NCBI RefSeq assembly: GCF_008831285.2 | Contig: NC_045138.2 | Span: 23,250,001 to 23,314,000 of the forward strand | DNA length: 64,000 nt | From: Nymphaea colorata | Lineage: Eukaryota | Direction: 5' to 3' | Shown: piece by piece, positions 59,080-64,000 of the stretch | How positions within the stretch are numbered: the stretch's first letter is position 1 | How the letters are laid out: every line of letters begins with the position of its first letter | The notes under the pieces: generated by a model | The model's input: the letters and a program-made list of their open reading frames with translations, nothing else | Told to the model about the DNA's origin: nothing | The model's database searches: none | Translations under genes and position numbers: made by a program

Positions 59080-62000
59080 TATTTTCACCCAAATAAAATT
59101 CTCAGTTATTTGGATTTAAATTTTTAGACCCTAAGCCAAATCCTAGACCCAAAACAAATTCGCAACTATTCGATCCAAAATGAATATCTAAACCCTTGTC
59201 TGAACCCAAACACAAAATTCAAATTCAAAACCCAACTTTAGACGCGAGATTCAAATCCAAAATCCAACTCTCGGATCCCAATAGATCCAAAACTCGAGTT
59301 TAGATCCAAATCAAGAATTTCAAAATAATGAAATTTGATGCTATCGAGCACTGCACACGCACACACAAATCTTCCCTTTGTTTTATGTTTCGTCCTCACA
59401 CTAAAAATGTGTTTTTCAGCTTAAATCATACAGTTAAACGCGTCGGCGACCAATTGAACCCAGTCCAGATCTAAAACGAGCCTAGAATCATTGAAAACAG
59501 AGTTGACTCCTTTTGCAATAAAAACTATTTTTACTCCTTTCAAATATATATTATAAATATGATTTTTCTTTATGAACAGCCCCTGGGAGAATAGGGAGAC
59601 GGAAATCCACCCCTTAGTCCAGATGAGTCAATAAGGGGGCACTTTGCCCCCTCTTTGAGAAGAATTGGTGTGGCAGGACCCCAAGCGTGGCCACGCGTGA
59701 CAACGTGTTGTGCACGCAGCGTGTCAAGACAGGGCCTGCGCACGGCACAGGCCCTATTCTTGGTCAAAAACGGCCCCTTGGGGGGTGGTTTTGGCCATTT
59801 TGGGTGGGCATTAACCCTGACCACACCCCAAAGGGGTATTTGTGGGGCTAATGGCTAATCCTACTTGGTAAAAACATATTTAAAAAAAATTAAAATTATT
59901 CAAAAATATTTAGAATTCACATAAAAACTTGTTAAATTCAAAAAAAATCAAATTTTGAGTTTTGGCTCCAAAGGTCCCTATAAGTACCCTCACAATTTTT
60001 TCTCTTAGGCATGAGTTAATAACTGGGAAACCTCTAGTGCTTTCTCACTTGAAAATCTAGAGTTTTCATTTGCTCTCTTTCCATTTCTCTTTTCTTCCCT
60101 TCTTCTTCTTCTTCTTCAACTTGGAGAGCAAGTATCTTCAAGTTTCAACTCTTCAAGAGAGAACAAGAAGATCTCTTGGAGAAATATCTTTATCATCTTG
60201 TAGCTTCACCCAAGGCATCCTTACAATCATCCGAAGAATGAGACCTCTTCATAAAATCATCTATATTGAGATATATAGTCATTCTCTTGTTTTCATTTTT
60301 ATTTTCATTTCCTCTTGCTACCTCCTCATGACCGTACAAGAAAGCTTTAAAGATTTTCTAACCGGAGTCGAGAGCTACTCTTGAGTGCATCGGGAGTATG
60401 AACAAGGCAAAATAAATATGTTTTCTTCATTTATTTTCAAAAATATGCTTGTTATGTTGTTTTATTCATCATTTATGCTTGAGATGATGTTCATGTGTGG
60501 TAGATTAATATTTATTAATTGATAAGCAAATGCACGGTGAGAATGAAGGTTTCGTTTGGAATATATACATGTTAAAATGCATTTTCATGTCATTTTTACG
60601 TTTAGTTTCTCTCTTAATCATTTGATTAGGAACCCCAATAAGTGTTTTACTATGTTGTTTAATTTTCTTCCATACCCAATAGTGAGAGAAATATATTCTT
60701 TTATAACAAATGAAACAATTGTGGTTTTATGTTCCTATATGAAAATATTTGGAATAATGTGTTTCAAAAGATTTTCGAAAGCAATAACCCTCTTTAATGA
60801 GGCTTTGGATACTTAGCCTAAGCTTTTGCATGAGCCCAAGTTCTTCTCCTGCCTACACAGAAAAAAATCAAAGTCAGATATTTCTAAGTTATTTTTTTAT
60901 TTCAACTCTAATGAAGATATATACGTATATACATGTCATATACGTATATGTGCACATGACTATTTCTCTTTGTCCTTTTCTCTCTATGATTCAACATACT
61001 ATTATATATATATATATATATTCCTTTCTCTCTAAAATCTCTCTCTCTCTCTCTCTTTCTAATATCTTCTTCTAATTTTTCATTTGATACATATGTATAT
61101 ATGTACATGTATCTCACTCTCTTTTAAATCTTTTATTTTGTGATTTTTAAAATCTCTCTCTCTCTCTCTCTAATCCTCTCGTATTAAAGTCTTTCTTCTT
61201 TTCCAATCTTACGAATATTTTTTTTCCTATGATCTAAGGTTTTAATTTCTTATTTGTCCACTTCGTCAATGCCAAAACTCAAGTAATGACCCAATATTGA
61301 AATTACGCTTGATGGTCTACAACCTCATTATATTTTCAAAAACTTTTCTTTTGTCATAAAAATACTTATGACAATTTTATAAATAAAAATAAAAAGTTTT
61401 GATATATATGATGGTATGAATATTTTTAGATGAATGTTATGGTAGGAATGAATGATTTCCTTCTAATTATGTACGATCAATGCGTTCAAACATCCACATT
61501 CACTTAACATCACGAATGATCACAAGTACCTTCCTAAAAGAACTTAAGTAAGATGAGATTAAACTTTAATTAGGTAGTACCCAAATTAGAGGAAAATATC
61601 AAGCCTATTTAAAGTCTTAAGAGAACACTAAAGTGACTTCAAAAGTGATCTTCCAATGTTGCCAAATGATATTTGTAAAGATTTCTCAATTCAAAATTTC
61701 TCAAATCAAAATGTTTTACACTCTCAAATGATTCTCCAAAACTTACTCAAAAATTTGAAACAACAAAGTTTTAATATTTTCTCAAACACCACACCACATT
61801 TAGAATGAAAAATGTTTAAGTAAAAATAAAATACATCAAGAATAAACATAGTCCTTGAATTAGTTACCCCCCCCCCATAAAGGCGCATAGAACAGCTAAT
61901 CCTCGTACCGATGGGTGAGTTCATTTCTATCTCATTTTAAAATAAAATCTTATTTTTCTAGCACTCTAAAAACCAAAATATTTTTGGGGATGCGAACATA

Positions 62001-64000
62001 TGGCGACCGTGAAAGAACCCATCATCGTTTGGCTATGATTATTGTTAATGCATTTCCACTAACTTGAACATCTCATATATTGCTGATGAAAAAGCATATC
62101 CTCTTCTTTGGTCTTGACTCCATCGGCATTTCATTATGTTGCTTGATGATTATGTTTGTTCTCTTGCATATAAGACTAATTCAGGAAAATCAATCATGCT
62201 CACCAAAATATAGGATCAAATACAACCTTCCTTAATTTAAGACTTAATTGAAAACAATGCTTGTTCTTCTTCTTATTTTAATCATCATCCTATAAAACAT
62301 TACATTAGAGACAACCAATTTTGCATGTTTGTTCATATTTCAAAAACTTACCATACCTATTTGTCTCAATTATCATGTTGTCGGGCTTGGTCACCATGGG
62401 CGGGAAAGCCCCTTCGTTAGTACCATGAGTGGTAACTTGTGGTATATTGATGAATGTTCAAGAAGAAGTAGATAAACTATACTCTTAGTTGCCCAAGAAA
62501 GAATTTATGCTAGTACTAAGTTATTTAGCCAAAGTATATAAGAATAACTTGGCATCAGATTATCATGACGCGAAATTATCTCAATTAGGTCCCTATACTC
62601 TCCAAATTATTTCACATGTATAAAGAATATTGGATGTGCATAAAACCTTATGTGATGATTTAAACCTTCTTATATACATCTACCTCATATTGTTCTTGTC
62701 AATTTTGTTAATCTTTCCCACTAATTTCATTTCTATCCTAGAGAGTTAATTCTTTCCACTGTGGTATCACCTTCTTTTATGATCACATCGTCTTTGAGGA
62801 AGGACCCAAACGGTCTACTTACATTTCTCTTGAGTCAAAACCTTTGGCTTCCAAATGGTATTGGTCTTGACATCTCACCTTCTCTCGAATGTTTCTTTCT
62901 TACTTTAAAGAATGTGGGCTAGAGATAGTGATAGCTGAACGAATGCAATCAATTTATATGAAGAGTTTGGAGCCTATGTTGAATCTTTCACCTTATCTCG
63001 AAAAGTCATAAGAAGAGTTAAATATTATGGTTTCTTAAGCACGTGGAACCCCAAGCCAGTCTATTAAAAAACATTGATGGAGCATTGACAGTCTTAGAAC
63101 AACACCGTTGTTTTATAGTTGATTATTGTGCTAATAGATGCATGAGACAATTCTCTCAAAGACAGAAGATGGTTTTTGCGCATACACCAATTATAGCTAT
63201 TCTTGAATTCGACCTCAATTCTCCTTAATGGGAGGCATTGTTTGCAGTAGCACGGCAAGAGTGGAAGACGCAGATATCATACACTTGATTCATAGGCCCA
63301 GTGGTGAAGAAAGAATACACCAAGTAGTGAGATGTCAACCGACCACCATCCATCCTTCCTTAGAAGTTTTTGTTGTGAACTTTGTACTCCTTATTTCACC
63401 TTCAGTCGTTGTCACCTTTGTTAGTGTTTTCTTTGGAAGTAACTTTTAAAACTTTTAATGCAATATGAACCTTCACTTTGTCATTATTTCATTCCAATAA
63501 CACTTCATTTTCCTGTCTCACAATGTAAATACTTGAAAACCAACAAGATGGTTGAAACCAGAGCACAAGCTAAGCAGGCTCGTCAGAATGAGACTTCATC
63601 TTCTGATCCAGTGCTAGAAACACTTGGCTCCCCAACAATAGAGCCAAAAGGCTATCATATGTTCTGGTTATTCATGGAGCGATTTATGAGGGAGCAAGAA
63701 GAACAAAAGGCCTTGATGGTTACTCCAAAACCAGAAACTAAAAAGCCAGCCAAACAAAAGAGAAACAAGAAAAACAACAAATCTTTTTCTACATATCGAG
63801 ATGAAGACCATTTAGATTCAGACTAGACAACCAGCAAGGAGGAAAGGCCTGAATTGCTTCTGCTAAAGGAAAAAAATAACAAAGAAAAGCCAGAAAAGAA
63901 AAGAAATCATAAAGGAAAACAATTCACCTAGCCCTATCACCAACGAAAGTTTGAAGGAGAAGCCAAAAAGAAAAAGAAAGTCTGCCAAGAAAGGCAAAAA
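59080..64000 (+). mobile_element. Ogre/Tat-like Ty3/gypsy element, 5' part (~2.9 kb LTR, PBS, long leader, start of putative gag)
   Basis: LTR ends TTTTGGGGATGCGAACA (61998), followed by PBS-like TGGCGACCGTG (62001). Reverse-complement homology to 27960-30370 and 25670-25930. Putative gag start MVETRAQAKQ at 63548, with a stop at 63824-63826. LTR start approximate. Confidence 0.75.

Noticed and set aside
62800..63450. Possible Ogre extra ORF upstream of gag (ORFs 63043-63228, 63228-63449)
   Set aside because: The position fits, but I recognise no sequence motif.

Overview
Plant (angiosperm-type) genomic DNA carrying a tandem array of three + strand LOX5-like (type-1, 9-LOX clade) lipoxygenase genes. 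Copy A is 5'-truncated by the window edge (1-2927), copy B spans 8354-19054 (9 exons, 908 aa) and copy C spans 45531-55835 (9 exons, 898 aa). All exons have GT-AG boundaries, stay in frame and keep the iron ligands. The spacers and introns are full of transposon debris: a ~19 kb nested LTR block between B and C (a non-coding Ogre/Tat-like element, a degenerate chromovirus and a nested Galadriel-like Ty3/gypsy), then Copia, LINE and Ogre/Tat remnants after C, a solo LTR and several hAT/Tourist MITEs. The most striking signal is in the paralogs' active sites. B and C carry Gly at the Coffa-Brash stereo-determinant (soybean LOX-1 Ala542 equivalent), where A keeps Ala. This comes with co-occurring changes in the substrate-entry helix and suggests naturally evolved R-type or altered-specificity plant lipoxygenases. 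Soybean residue numbers and clade labels are from memory and manual alignment, not from a search.
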